DNA of 64,000 nucleotides, taken from the NCBI GenBank assembly GCA_965153455.1, contig OZ234494.1:1426001-1490000 (forward strand). The letters are read 5' to 3'. Position numbers and translations under genes: made by a program. Below the pieces are notes generated by a model. It ran no database searches. It saw only the letters and a list, made by a program, of their open reading frames with translations, and was not told the origin of the DNA. This DNA is from Sphagnum compactum. Taxonomy: Eukaryota. This document shows, piece by piece, positions 38,721 to 51,265 of the stretch; the stretch's first letter is position 1; every line of letters starts with the position of its first letter.

Positions 38721-39493
38721 TAGTGGTGTCCTGATTGTTATGTTCTTTCATGACATAACATGTTCTCGTGCTTTTCTTTGGAGGGACCTTGTGACTGGCA
38801 CTCACAAGGTCATGACTGCACTGATTCTTGTTGTCTTTTGTTTTGTTTTGGTTGTGGAACTGGAACAGTCTTTACCTTCACCATATTATTGTGGAGTCTT
38901 TTGTGCAGTCTTGTAGATGTGAATTCGATCGGCTGGTGTATACTCTGATGGCAGAGATGTCAGCAGCATCATCTACAGGTGCTGTTCAGAGTTGGGTAGT
39001 CAAGCAATTTTTTTTTCTCTGAGTTAGTGGACACTGTCAAGTGCATGTGACAGCTTCTGGTTCAGTGCCACAGGGCTGGAGGAGCCTCAGAAGCAGGAAA
39101 TCTTTTGATAGGTGTAGCAGGTCCCACTCTCAGGTAAGCAATTGAGTAGAGACTTGTGAGTAGACAAATCACTTGTGATGTCCATCCTCAGCAGCAAAGT
39201 GATCCTCAGCAGCAATCCTCGTTTGTTTCCGATGATGCAATAGTTGTGGATCACCATCTGTATGTACTGTAGTCTTAGCTGCTTGATTTTGTGGGTATTT
39301 CTTATGAAATTTGATTGAAATTTGATTGGTGTGTTCTCGATCAACAAGGAGCTGTAGTGTGCAATTTCTTGAGTGTTCAGACATGATTTGATTGTTCAGA
39401 TGGAAGTAGATAAGTGGATGTACATTGGATGCATTGACAATCCGATTGCAGTGCCCATGAGGGTGTATGATATTTCAGTGATTCCCTTGGTTC

Positions 39494-41345
39494 ATGGCAG
39501 GCCAGAGAAGGATGGTTGAAAAACTTTGGCAGCAGTTTTTCTCAGATCCTTCACAGTGGTGGGGTCACAGGCCAGAGAATGTAAATGAAAATGGTCACCA
39601 TCAAAATGCTCTCTGTGGTGCAAGGAGTCAATGCATCATTTGTTGGCTGTGGGTTCTCATAGCCTTACCCTCCACCAGGCTATGCAGGACTGATTAGTTG
39701 GATGGAGGTTTGCTTGTAGGTAAATGAAAGCTACCCAGATTTCAAACATAAGGAGACAAATGATGCTCTGTGGCTCAATGACAGATTGAAGCCCCCATGG
39801 GTGGAAGCAGAGTTGGCAGCAGTGGCACCACGAACTTTACAATTGAGCATTTTTCATTGGAATGCAAGGCTTGCAAGATATGCTAAAACTGGGCAATATG
39901 AGAAGATAAGGCAACTTTTCCAACAAATGCAACAAGAGGACATACCTCCAGACAGTCTCACTTTTGTTCAAGTGCTCAATGCACGTGCAAATTTACAAGC
40001 ACATGAAGAGGGCAGACAAGTACATAAACAGGCCACCCAAAGTGGCTGGGAGTCAAATGTCTGTGTGGGTAGTAGCCTTGTTGACATGTATGCCAAATGT
40101 GGGAGTATGGATGAGGCTTGGAGAGTATTCCACAAAATGCCTGCAATGTTGTCTCTTGGAATGTCATCATTCTCAGATATGTGAAGTGTGGGCAAGGGCA
40201 CAAGGCATTGGATCTCTTTTGACAAATGCAACATGAAGGCATACAGCCAGTCCCTAGAACCTTTCTGGCAGTGCTGAGTGCATGTGTAAGTGTAGTTGCA
40301 ATTGAAGAAGGCAGGTGTGTTCATGAGCAAATCGTTCAAAATGGATACGAGCTTGACGTCTTTGTTGGTAATAACCTCATTGACATGTATGCAAAATGTG
40401 GGAGCATTGAGGATGAATGGCAATGTTGTCTCTTGGAATGCAATGCTTGGAGGGTATGCCATGCATGGGCTTGCTGGAGAAGCTGCTGAATTTTTCAAAT
40501 GGAAGTGTGAAGAAGGTGTAGAGTTGGATAGGGTGACGTTTTTTTCTCTTCTGTGAGCTTGTAGCTCTGCATGGCCAGTGGATGAAGGACTGCACTACTT
40601 TGAATCCATGACTTCAGTTCACAGGATTTCTGCAACAGTAGAGCACTATGTGTGGTTGGTTGATCTTTTTGGCCGTGCTGGTCATCTTGATGAGGCAGAG
40701 GATCTGGTCAGGAGGATGCCCTGCGAGCCTGATACTTCAGTGTGGAGGGCCTTGCTTGCTGCTTGCAGAGTTCACTGCAATGCGGAGATGGGAGAGCACA
40801 TTGCAAAATGAGTTCTTGAAATAGACCTTGAGAATGCTGTGGGCTATGTGTTCTATCAAACAATAATGCTGCTGCTGGCAAGTGGGATCTCAGGTCAAAC
40901 ATTCAATGACAGAGGTTGGAAAGGAGTGTGAAGAAGTAGCCAAGTCGCACCTGAATTGAGGTGAAAGATGTTGTGCATATATTTGTAATAGATGACCAAG
41001 AACATCCTCAGGTGATAGAAATCCATGCAGAACTTAAAAGACTGTCTGGACACTTGAACAGAGCTGGGTATGTGCCAGATACCCAAATTTGTTCAACATG
41101 ATGTAGAGGAGGAAGAGAAGGGTTTTCATTTCTGTTACCGCAGTGAGAAACTGGCCATTGCATTTGGGCTCATCAGCATGCCTCCTGGTACTCCACTCTG
41201 CCTTCTCAAGAATCTGCGTGTATGTGGTGACTGCCTCACTCCCACCAAATTCATCTAAAAGATTGTTGGAAGATCAATCATTGTAAGGGATGCCAATTGC
41301 TTTCACCACTTTGAGGATGGTCTTTGTTCTTGCAGGGATTATTAG
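39494..41345 (+). pseudogene. PLS-class PPR-E1-E2-DYW RNA-editing-factor pseudogene with an N-terminal OSB-like PDF motif
   Basis: Exon 39494-39580 (LWQQFFSDPSQWWGHRPEN), intron 39581-39719, then VNESYPDFKHKETNDALWLNDRLKPPWV. About 9 PPR motifs follow (P-L-S-P-L-S-P2-L2-S2), then E1/E2 and DYW (RSEKLAIAFGL, KNLRVCGDC, RDANCFHHFEDGLCSCRDY*). Several frameshifts and stops; HxE reads RSE, and the terminal W codon is TAG. Confidence 0.9.
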
Positions 41346-41898
41346 TGTTGACAGAATTTGGCTTTCACCCCAGTCCCTGGATGAGGCTCTGTGGACTCAA
41401 ATTGTTGCACATGATTGCCATAATTAAGACAAGGGTGTACTGGATTGGAAGTTCCTTGTACTCACTGGACCATGATTTTTAGACCTACATTTTCCAGCAA
41501 GACTGGTTAACAGGTTACCTTCTGTGCCAGATTAATCCTGGGCACGCTGATTTTGGTGTTCATACTTGTTGGATTGGATCCAAAAAATTGGATGGTAGTT
41601 GTGAGTTGTTCATAACCTCAAGACGAAAATGAAAGAAAGCAGTTGTAAGTAGACAAAGTTAGTTGGTAAGCTTACAGATTTAGCTCTTGGAGAACCTTGC
41701 CTTGGTGTGTTCCAGACATCTTAATGACTGTCATGTATTGGATACCCAAGAGGATGAAGTGTTTGTAGGGATGTGTTGCTTTTGTTTTGGGCACACCACC
41801 ATGCGTGTTTTGGTGTGTATATGGTGGGTTGTCAGATAGGAGAATTTCAAGCAGCTATGGAGGCAGGTTGCCCCTGAGAGAACCATTGGTGGAGAAAA

Positions 41899-44714
41899 AT
41901 GAGTAGAGGAGCAGGTGCTGGATATGATCGTCACATCACCATCTTTTCTCCAGAAGGTCGCCTCTATCAAGTTGGTGAGTTTTTTTGCTTTCCAATTGCA
42001 CATAGAAACACTCTTCATCATCTGTTCCTTGGTTTCACAAGTTTTTTCAGCAATTCCCCAAATGTGATGTGTCAGAGGATGTCACCTTGGAAGAAGACAT
42101 TATACTCATTTGTGTGGTATGTGATCAGAATATGCATTTAAGGCTGTGAAGGCATCAGGTTTGACATCTGTTGGAGTTCGTGGAAAAGATTCGGTTTGCA
42201 TTGTGACTCAAAAGAGAGTGCCAGTATTGCTTCCCTCATACTCCATTCATTTCTCCCCCAACAACATTTTGTACATATTATGTTATGATCAATGTGATCT
42301 AGTTATGTCCTACTTTTGGTTTGTGGGTGGGTGGAACTCATGATGTTGTTGAAAACCCTAACTATGTTTGCAAACTCCATCTTATACAACCATATCTACA
42401 ATCCAACGATTTGATATTTTGTTAAGGTTTATGGGTGCTTAATCTTGTGTATAATGGTGATGGGTAGTATGTGTGTTCATAATGTAGGAAAAGCTTTTAG
42501 ATCATGCAAGCGTGACTCACCTCTTCACCATAACCAAAACCATTGGTCTTCTTGCTACTGGAATGACCGGTATGCCATACACCCTCCTTTGATTTATTTT
42601 TGCAGTGCATTTCTTGTTAAACTTTGCTATCACATGTTATTTTCCTTTCATTGAAGAACTTTTTGCTTGAATCAAAGAGTTGTAGTTATGATGAGTACAA
42701 ATCTTGTTGATGTTTGGGAAGTACCCCAATCCTTGGATTATATTCCCACTTTTCTTCTCTTGTTTATCTTCAGTGTGTTGTCTTCATGGCAATCTTGGTG
42801 GGAACATGGGGTGTTGAAATGTAGCGGATGCAAAGTCATTGGTGCAACATGCTCAAGAAGAAGCTGCAGAGTTTCGTTTTAAACTTGGGTATGAAATACC
42901 AGTAGACTATCTTGCAAAACGGTAAGGTTTGCTTTGAATTCTCATGTTTCTTATAATTGTTTAAACCAAATAAAAGAGCATGGAATTGTGTGGGTAAATG
43001 AAAACATTGTACACAATTACAATGTTTGAAATATGAAATCTCTTCTTATGTGTGTGGATAGAAAAACTAAGATTTTAAATTTGTAAAGATATTAACAAGA
43101 TGTTGATGATGACAATGAAGTGGATTTATCAAGATGGTTGGGAATAGGCTTGCTGATAGATCACAAGTTTACACGCAACATGCATACATGCGACCTCTTG
43201 GAGTTTGTAAGTCTTGTTGAACATGTCTTGCACAAGAAACAAACTAATACTAGAGAAGGAATGATTTCTCAGTTGAACATGATAAGAAGCAATTTACCCA
43301 TCCTTTTGGAATGATAATAATGTGCAGCTGCAATGTTAGTTGGCATGGATAGTGAAAACGGTCCACAGTTGTACAAATGTGATCCTGCTGGCCACTTTGT
43401 TGGTTACAAAGTAAGACCACATCACCATCCATCTCCACATTATGTAGATGATAGATGTCACACAACAAGCAAAGCATAATGTACTCAAAGACACTTTGTA
43501 GTGAATTTGTAGTTATTTGTGTATATCCCTGTTTAGAAATAGAGGAGGGATATTATTCCTATTCCTTAAAAGTGTGAGAATTTTACACCTACGTATAAGT
43601 AGGTGTAAGATCTCGCAGGTGTGTGATCCATCACGCCTTCAAGGAGTAGGCATGAAGAACCTCCCTCTCCTACACCTCGCGATCTACCATATGTTTAGGT
43701 TATGATAACCTTCACCATGCATAAGCCAACGGGTCAAGGACATTCCCAAAGTGCAAGGTGGGACAAGGCTAATGTCTTGTCTTAGGCCTTTTATTTGTGG
43801 AAGGTCCTTACACTTTCACTAGGATTAAAAGTTCTTTGATTCCACAATAGATGAATATAATGTAATTACTAATGGGCAATTTATTTGAACTTCTGCAAAA
43901 CCTTTCATGGATGAAACAAATGGGTGTCTTGATGAGAGGGCTTCTAGATCAAAATGGAGACTTATGATTTGCTTTTATCTTGTGGTACCTTGAGATTGTA
44001 AGTAAATGATTGATTACTCTTCATGTAATCCAAGTCATAAGCAAATCATTTCACTACAACATTACAATGTTTAGTCATTAATACCCAAAGATAAAATGCA
44101 TCAATATTTTTTCATCATAAAATTGATTAGCCTACATGTAGGCAACAAGCTCAGGATTGAAAGAACAAGAGGCAATTCATTTCTTGGAAAAAAAGATGAG
44201 GAACAATCCTCTACTATCTTATGACGAGACTGTGCAAGTAAGGATGTCCCCTCCCCCATTTAGAAGTCATTGGTGCAAGTCTTTTTCAACAAGTGCATTC
44301 AACACTCATTTGAAAGGAATGGAAAACATGCAAATAATAAAATATTTTGTTAGTTAGTATATTGATTTGTGTTTTTGACCTGAATGCATTGATCAAATAT
44401 GGGGTTGAAACTAGCTTTTGGTGGGGTTTCAATAGACTGCAATTTCAGCCTTGCAATCGATTTTGTCAGAGGATTTCAAAGCTACAGAATTGGAGGTATT
44501 AATTTTATTTTCATTTTGATGCCATGTGTTTTGGCATTGAATGAACCATGGAAATTATCAGTTGGGCTAATTTGCATTATACTAGACTTATTGTGTTGCA
44601 TATGTGTGATTAATGTGTTAGGTTGGAGTGGTGAGTGTGGCCAATATAAACTTCCATGTTTTATCAATAGAGGAGATCAACCATCATTTGATTTCGATAA
44701 GTGACCGTGATTAG
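41899..44714 (+). CDS. PAA: 20S proteasome subunit alpha type-6 (alpha1), 9 exons, 246 aa
   Basis: Exons 41899-41974, 42129-42223, 42488-42569, 42825-42921, 43148-43206, 43328-43410, 44142-44237, 44436-44495, 44622-44714; all GT-AG, 741 nt. Motifs: [51 protein letters not shown]. Confidence 0.95.
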
Positions 44715-46949
44715 TGCTTATAACTACACTAAACCCATTATCAAATGACAAGGTAAAGTAATTTTATAATAAAGTAATGTTTATTTAATCCTTTTTATTC
44801 AAAATTCTTGAATGCACCTCATCATGCCCCCTCTTCTACAAATCATACATTGATTGCTGAAGTGTGAAGATATTTTCCTTTGTCCATGATTAGTTTGTGA
44901 ATAGCCATTTAATGGAAAATTAATATATTTAACACAAATTGTTAATTTATTCCAAGACATGGATTTTCAAGTTTCAAATTGAAAGCTTGTGAAGCAATTT
45001 GAAAATTGGTGAGCTCTCGTAGAAATGTAAAGTGGACAAATGTTTCATGAATGATGCATGCATACAATGTCATAATTAAATTAAATGGAATTTGTTCTAA
45101 CTAACTTATTTATCCTACTTTGAACAATATTGGGGAATTGTTGTCCACTTCAATACACCATTGAAATAGCTAGTACTAAGGTAAACTGGCCCATCACCAA
45201 ACAGAAGTTGGTCATCGAGCACCCATGTAGTGCAAGAACTAACCTATGTTAAAACAAAAAAAAATTTATGGGTGTTGTTTTTTTAACCCATTACCAAACG
45301 TTTGGTTTAGAAGAAAATTGTTCTTAATTTTTCATATTGGTGACCAGCCATCAAATTTTAGTGTTTGGTATTAGGGGTCTAGGTGGGCACATTTGTAAAA
45401 GAATTGAATAATATTACAAGGTATTAATTTAGTGATGGGCCATGAGTTGATTTTCATTATGCAAGGGGGGAAACATGAAGAGTATTTTTAATGTTTAGTT
45501 AGGAAAAAAAATGGTTCAATTTTACACCAACCCCAAGTTTGGAGTGGGAATGAGTGTTTGGTCATAGGCAATTGGAGTGCACATTAAAATGAGTATCACC
45601 ATGGTGATGGGGTGCAAATGTCATGTTAAATAGCACACAACTAACCATAAACAAGGATTAGGGTTTATGAGAATCCAATAATAGTAGGTACACATTAATT
45701 AAGACTTCCAATTTCCCCCCAAATCCAAGCATATCCAATTCCCACCAAAATTAATTTGCCAAATTCATAAGGCAAGGTTTGGATTCACAATCCTAACTTT
45801 CAAATTCACAAGCAAAATTCTTTCAACATGTCAAAGTTTTCAAATTGTGAGAGAGATACTTTAAGATCTTTCATCAACATTTTGAGAGCATATGGGTTAG
45901 ACCAACAAAAGGAAAGTAACATAGGAGTTGTAGAGAGTTTTAAATTAATAACAAAAATCTTAGCATATCAACCAGAGCAAAGAGGGCATCTTAAAATAGC
46001 CCAAAGAAAACTAGAAGAACTAAAGGTAGATCAGCAGAATCTAAATAGTAGAGTAGTCATTGAAGATCTACAACATCTTGAACATCAAGGATCAGATCCT
46101 AGTGTTATCAAATAAGGGATAGGAACTCATGATTCAGATGTGGATGTGAAGGGACAATTAAAAAAACTTGCAATATATCAACTTTACAACCAAAAGTTCA
46201 AGAAATTTCTACGTTACCATTGGGTATAGAGTTCCATAATTTGTAGATACAATCTAGGTAGTCATAAGAGAAGCAGATTTTATCCAACTCCAAAAAATTG
46301 TAGTTTGTTGTACACACCTACTACCTATACAAAAAAATAGACCATGATTTAATTTGGGATGACTTTGAATAGTTTTATGCATTGATAACTTCTTCCCAAC
46401 AAGTAGAAACATATGTATTTTAGACATACCTTGACTTGTCATATTTCCTTGAGAGTTAGGCAAAATTCAAAAAATTTAATTTTGTACATTATTAAAAATT
46501 GGCCAGAATGTAACCACTCTATTTGTGATTACATGCAACTATTAGTTATTTGCAATTACATTTGAACATTTTGGCAACTATTTCTTATGTTGGTCATATT
46601 TGCAATTACATTGCAACTAATTTGTGACTATTTTGGTGTTCATTCTTCCATGTGAACAACATTTGGTTTTGTTTTCATTCAAGAAAAACAATTTATGTCC
46701 CATTAAGTGCAAGTGTGACCAATTTAATTACAACCCTATGAATATAAAAAGTTTATTTTGTGAATTCAAAGGAATATAATTGCGTGTATTAAGATTTATA
46801 AATGTATATTTTGAATTTATATGAATAACCATATTAAATGTGTATTCAACTATTATTATTAGCATAAATGGCCTTGATATTATGGTTACACTAAATAGTG
46901 TATATTTTGGGTATATTAAAATTTTATGTAGGATATTTGTTAAATATAT

Positions 46950-48060
46950 TGTGCCCATATTACAAGTTTATTTAAACCATCTTATTATACTTCTTACAAT
47001 TATTTTAATTATTAGTATTTATATTATATTATATATTTATATTAATTACATGTAATACAAATTTAATTTCAATATTATCTTTGACTAAAATTTTAAAATA
47101 GTAATATTTTACTACATAATGATCATATTGTTGATGATGATGATATTAAAATGATAAGAAAAAAATTATATAATTACTGAAGTAATTATTTAAAAATTAA
47201 TATATTAATATATTGTTATTAAATTTTTTTATATGACTAATGGACTTATTAAGATTTAATTTTTGTTTACTAAAAATTAAAAATTAATTATAATAAATCA
47301 TAATAGCTTTAACAAGCGACATAATAATAATTATAATAATAATAACAACAACTAACCTATGATAACTACAAAATACAACATTATTATTATTATTATTATA
47401 AAATAATCAATTATGAATTATTATTAGATTAATATAATAATTACTAGGAAATATTAATATATAGTTTTAAGTTTTTATATTTCAAATTTATAATTGATAT
47501 TTATTAATTATTAATAAATAATGATTATAATCAATTATTGATATATAGTTTTTATTTTCAATTCTATTATTTTATTATTTTGTAAGTAATATTGTATTGG
47601 TTAGAATGGAAATCTGATAAATTATTATACAAACCTAGAAATTATTTTCGAAGGAAAAAATATACTTATTAAAAATATAAAATATTTATTGTAATGGTTC
47701 ATAAATAACTTTAATGAGTGAAGTAATAATATGAATAATAAAAATAAAATAGTTAACCTTGGCTACCAATTAGGTACAATAATAATTTAATTATTGTTAT
47801 TGTTATTATTAAATATTTACATTTATAAAATTTTATTAACTATATAAGTGAAAAATAATAATGGGAATAATTATAATAAAACAGTTAGCCTAGGCAGGTT
47901 TTAATTATATTATTAGATATTAAAAAATTAGTACTCAATATTAATAATTAATAATTATTAATTATTAAATACTAAATATTTCATTTATTTATTTGGTTAC
48001 AAAATAACAATTTATTAGTTAATTAGTTAGCTAATTAGTTGACACTTACCCGTTTAATTA
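46950..48060. other. Extremely AT-rich low-complexity tract
   Basis: About 1.1 kb of TTA/TAA-rich sequence with very little G or C. Confidence 0.8.
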
Positions 48061-48062
48061 TA

Positions 48063-48212
48063 TACTTTTCAAGATGAGAATGAAAGCCAAACATATGGCA
48101 TAAACTTTTTTAGTTACAAGCAATTTGCAACTAAAAATGTTGAATTGCAAATAACTTGTAATCAAAAATTTTATCTCATATGTTTTGGCTTTCATTCTCG
48201 TCTTGAAAAGTA
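48063..48212. repeat. 150-nt fold-back (inverted repeat), possibly a miniature TA-flanked MITE
   Basis: TACTTTTCAAGATGAGAATGAAAGCCAAACATATG pairs with CATATGTTTTGGCTTTCATTCTCGTCTTGAAAAGTA. Imperfect pairing continues inward to a ~14-nt loop. Confidence 0.85.
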
Positions 48213-48473
48213 CATAAACAAGGTGTTTTGTCTTACATTTTCATATTTAAAAACATGGGCATATGGGATGACTCAATAAAAATGACTTAACCCAAAATAA
48301 AATATAAATATTCACGTACTTGCACCTAACTACCTACTTCCTTAACTTACCTACCTACTTTTCTACCTACCTACTTACCTAAACATGTATTTGGCTTAGG
48401 TAGGTAAATAGGTTTTATTTAGATAGGTGTTTAGTCTAGATGGGTAGGTAGGTACCTAGTTCAACTAGGACCC

Positions 48474-49850
48474 CATGTCACCATTGAGGTAATTGAACAA
48501 GCTCAAGAGTTTGGATTGGATATGATTACTCTACCTTCACATACATCTCATGCACTTTAGCCCATAGATGTGGCTTGTTTCAAGCTTTTCAAAACTGTTT
48601 TCGAAAAGGAAAGAAACATAGCAATGGTTAAGAAGAATTACATAGAACTAGATAAGATAACATTGGTAAGGTGGGTAGACAAAACACTAGATTTAACATT
48701 TACAAGACAAAATATCATGTCAAGGTTCAAAGGTACATGGATTTGGCCACTTAACCCTAGGGCTATGGATTCAAAAATTGGCCCTAGTATTATGTACACA
48801 TTGCATAATCAAGCCAAGGAAGAAGAAGAACCACAACAAGATGATGGTGAAGAAGACTAAATAGAACATATAGTTACAATGGAGCTCATCAACATAGGCT
48901 CAACAATAAAAGTTCCAAATATTACTAGTTTATCTAAAGGTCAACCTAGGTATTATGTGAACATGCCTAGAATTCCTATAGTCACTAACCATGCATTTGT
49001 AATAGAGTCAAAGAACATGGTTGAAAATTTGGCACAACTTTCATTGGATGAAACTACAGAGTTTAGAAATTTTGAAAGTTCACTTCAAGTGGCATTAGCA
49101 TAGGTAGGGGTGTCATAGTTTGTTGTCATTACCACATCTACCTTCAAGAAGGACCAATGGAAGAGAACCATTGGTCAATTATTTTCAAAGCCATGTTATA
49201 ACATTAAAAAAATATTTGAGGATTATGCGACAAAAGGCAATGGATAGGGAGGTAGTAGAACATATATGAAAAAGCAGAAAGAAAGTAAGATAAGAAAAGC
49301 AAGTAAGAAAAACACTTACAATGTTGATTGCAACTAAAAAACTAGCTGAAAAATAACTTATAAAACATTCAACGAGCTAATTTCATTTTAATTTAGTCAT
49401 CCTCAGTAGTTAGAAAAGCAGGATACAGATTTCATTCCAATTTCAAGGCAGGTCTGCGAGTTCACCTTCTTGGATACAAGGGTGTGAATTTTAGTGAAAT
49501 AACACAGGTGTTAAAACAAGCTCAGCAATGAGCCTCGGCTCAAATTCGAGCTAGAAGGGAAGTTGCAACATCCTTACAACAACCACAAATGGACAAATGA
49601 ACTATTGGGGTGGAATAGTTAATGGGTGGAACAATTGTAGGTAAGGACAAATAAGATATCAAGAAAAGTAGCTAATGCTGGGGTGGAACAACTAAGAGAA
49701 GGAACAACAATTATTAAGGTGGAACAACTAGGAGGAGGAACGACTTATGTTGGGTTGGAATAATTAAGAGAAAGAACATGTGTAGCTGAGGATGAACAAG
49801 AAGTCAGGAAAAATAGTTGCTACTAAGGTAAAACAACTAGGAGGAGTAGC
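48474..49850 (+). pseudogene. Pogo-like DDE_1 transposase relic (5'-truncated, with stops)
   Basis: HVTIEVIEQAQEFGLDMITLPSHTSHAL*PIDVACFKLFK matches the DDE_1 LPxHTSHxLQPxDV motif, followed by NIMSRFKGTWIWPLNP. The 3' limit is approximate. Confidence 0.8.
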
Positions 49851-50874
49851 GGGTATTGCTAATGATTAATAATGTTTTTTGGTGATGTTAAGATTGAAGG
49901 ATTTCCAATGATCCTGTAATTGCAGATGTGATACAAATTTACATGCAATTTTCCATATAGAAGTGATTGTTTTACAAATCTTTCACTATAAACATAATAG
50001 ACTGGATTAGCAATTATGCATTTTTTGGTGATGTCAAGATTGAAGGATCTCCAACCTTGTAACTCTAGAATGTCAAATGAATTTACATGCATTTTTTTAC
50101 ATTGAAATAATCAAAGTAGCACCACTGACAACCACAACAATTTGATTCAATAGTAAAGAAACTTATTTATACATTCGTGGAAATGACTCTAGTCATTTAT
50201 TTGAAAGCTAGACCATTAGCATTATGTACGATCCAAATCATCACAACAATCCCCATTATAGAAATGTATTTTCTCCATTACATCTATGCTCATCTTCAAC
50301 CCAAATGTAAGTACATTACAATAGAAAGTAGACATTTTCAACTAGTGAAGATGAACTTTCAGTTGAAGAGTAACATTTCAGCCGAAAATGAAGGGCAAGC
50401 TTAAGTTCAGTTGCCACTAGTTTGGAAGATGTAGAAGAGCCTACTTCAAGCGGTGCACCAAGTTGCAACAAATAAAATGGGGAAAACTAGACCTGTAGCA
50501 AACAACAAGCAAGATCATCCATTACTAAACTACTTATCAGAAAACACACCATTAAAATTGAAAAATAATTCCATGTTGCTTGATCCACGATTACAAATGC
50601 AAAAGTTTTGACAAATTTTTTTACTATTGCAATGTGCTTTGATTTTGTTCCATTTCACTAACGTCCTAATTGGTAAAGGGACGTTAGAATAAAAGAACTA
50701 AACAACCAAGCTGTGCACTCCTTTTGCTACAAAAAAACTTCAGCAAAAAATTTGAACCAAGGAGGTACGACTCCTTTCAATTTCTGAAACTAGGCCTTGC
50801 CTTCTTGCAAGAGATTCACACATATGCTAAAGCTTCATGCTCATGTTCCTGCGCATAGGGAGGCCCACGGGATT

Positions 50875-51265
50875 TAAGTCGGGAGGAGCCTGACCCGTGT
50901 GTGGGCAGGAGATGTACAAGGGAGTGAAAGTTGGGTCGGGGGTAACCCGACCTGTGCATGGAGAGGAGACAGACATGGGAGCGAAAGTGGGGGGGATTCA
51001 ACCCGTGCATGGAGAGGAGACGGGCAAGGGAGCGAAAGTCAAGTAAGGGGGAACTCAACCTGTGCATGGAGAGGAGACGGACAATGTAGCGAGAATCGAG
51101 TTGGGAGGAGCCCGATCCATGCGCGAAGAAGAGACGGAAGGGGGAATAAACGTCGAGTCAAAGGGAACCCAACCCATGCAAAGAGGAGATCGACGAGGGA
51201 GTTGAGGCATGGGGGTCGCGCGTAGAGAGGAGACGAACAGGAGGAAAGCTTGGAGAGGTGACGGG
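50875..51265. repeat. GC-rich degenerate 60-bp tandem repeat, ~6-7 copies
   Basis: ...ACC(C/T)GTGCATGGAGAGGAGACGG... recurs with a period of about 60 bp. Confidence 0.85.

Noticed and set aside
45828-46115. 95-aa ORF as a host gene
   Set aside because: No recognisable domain or splice partners, and it lies inside a putative transposon.
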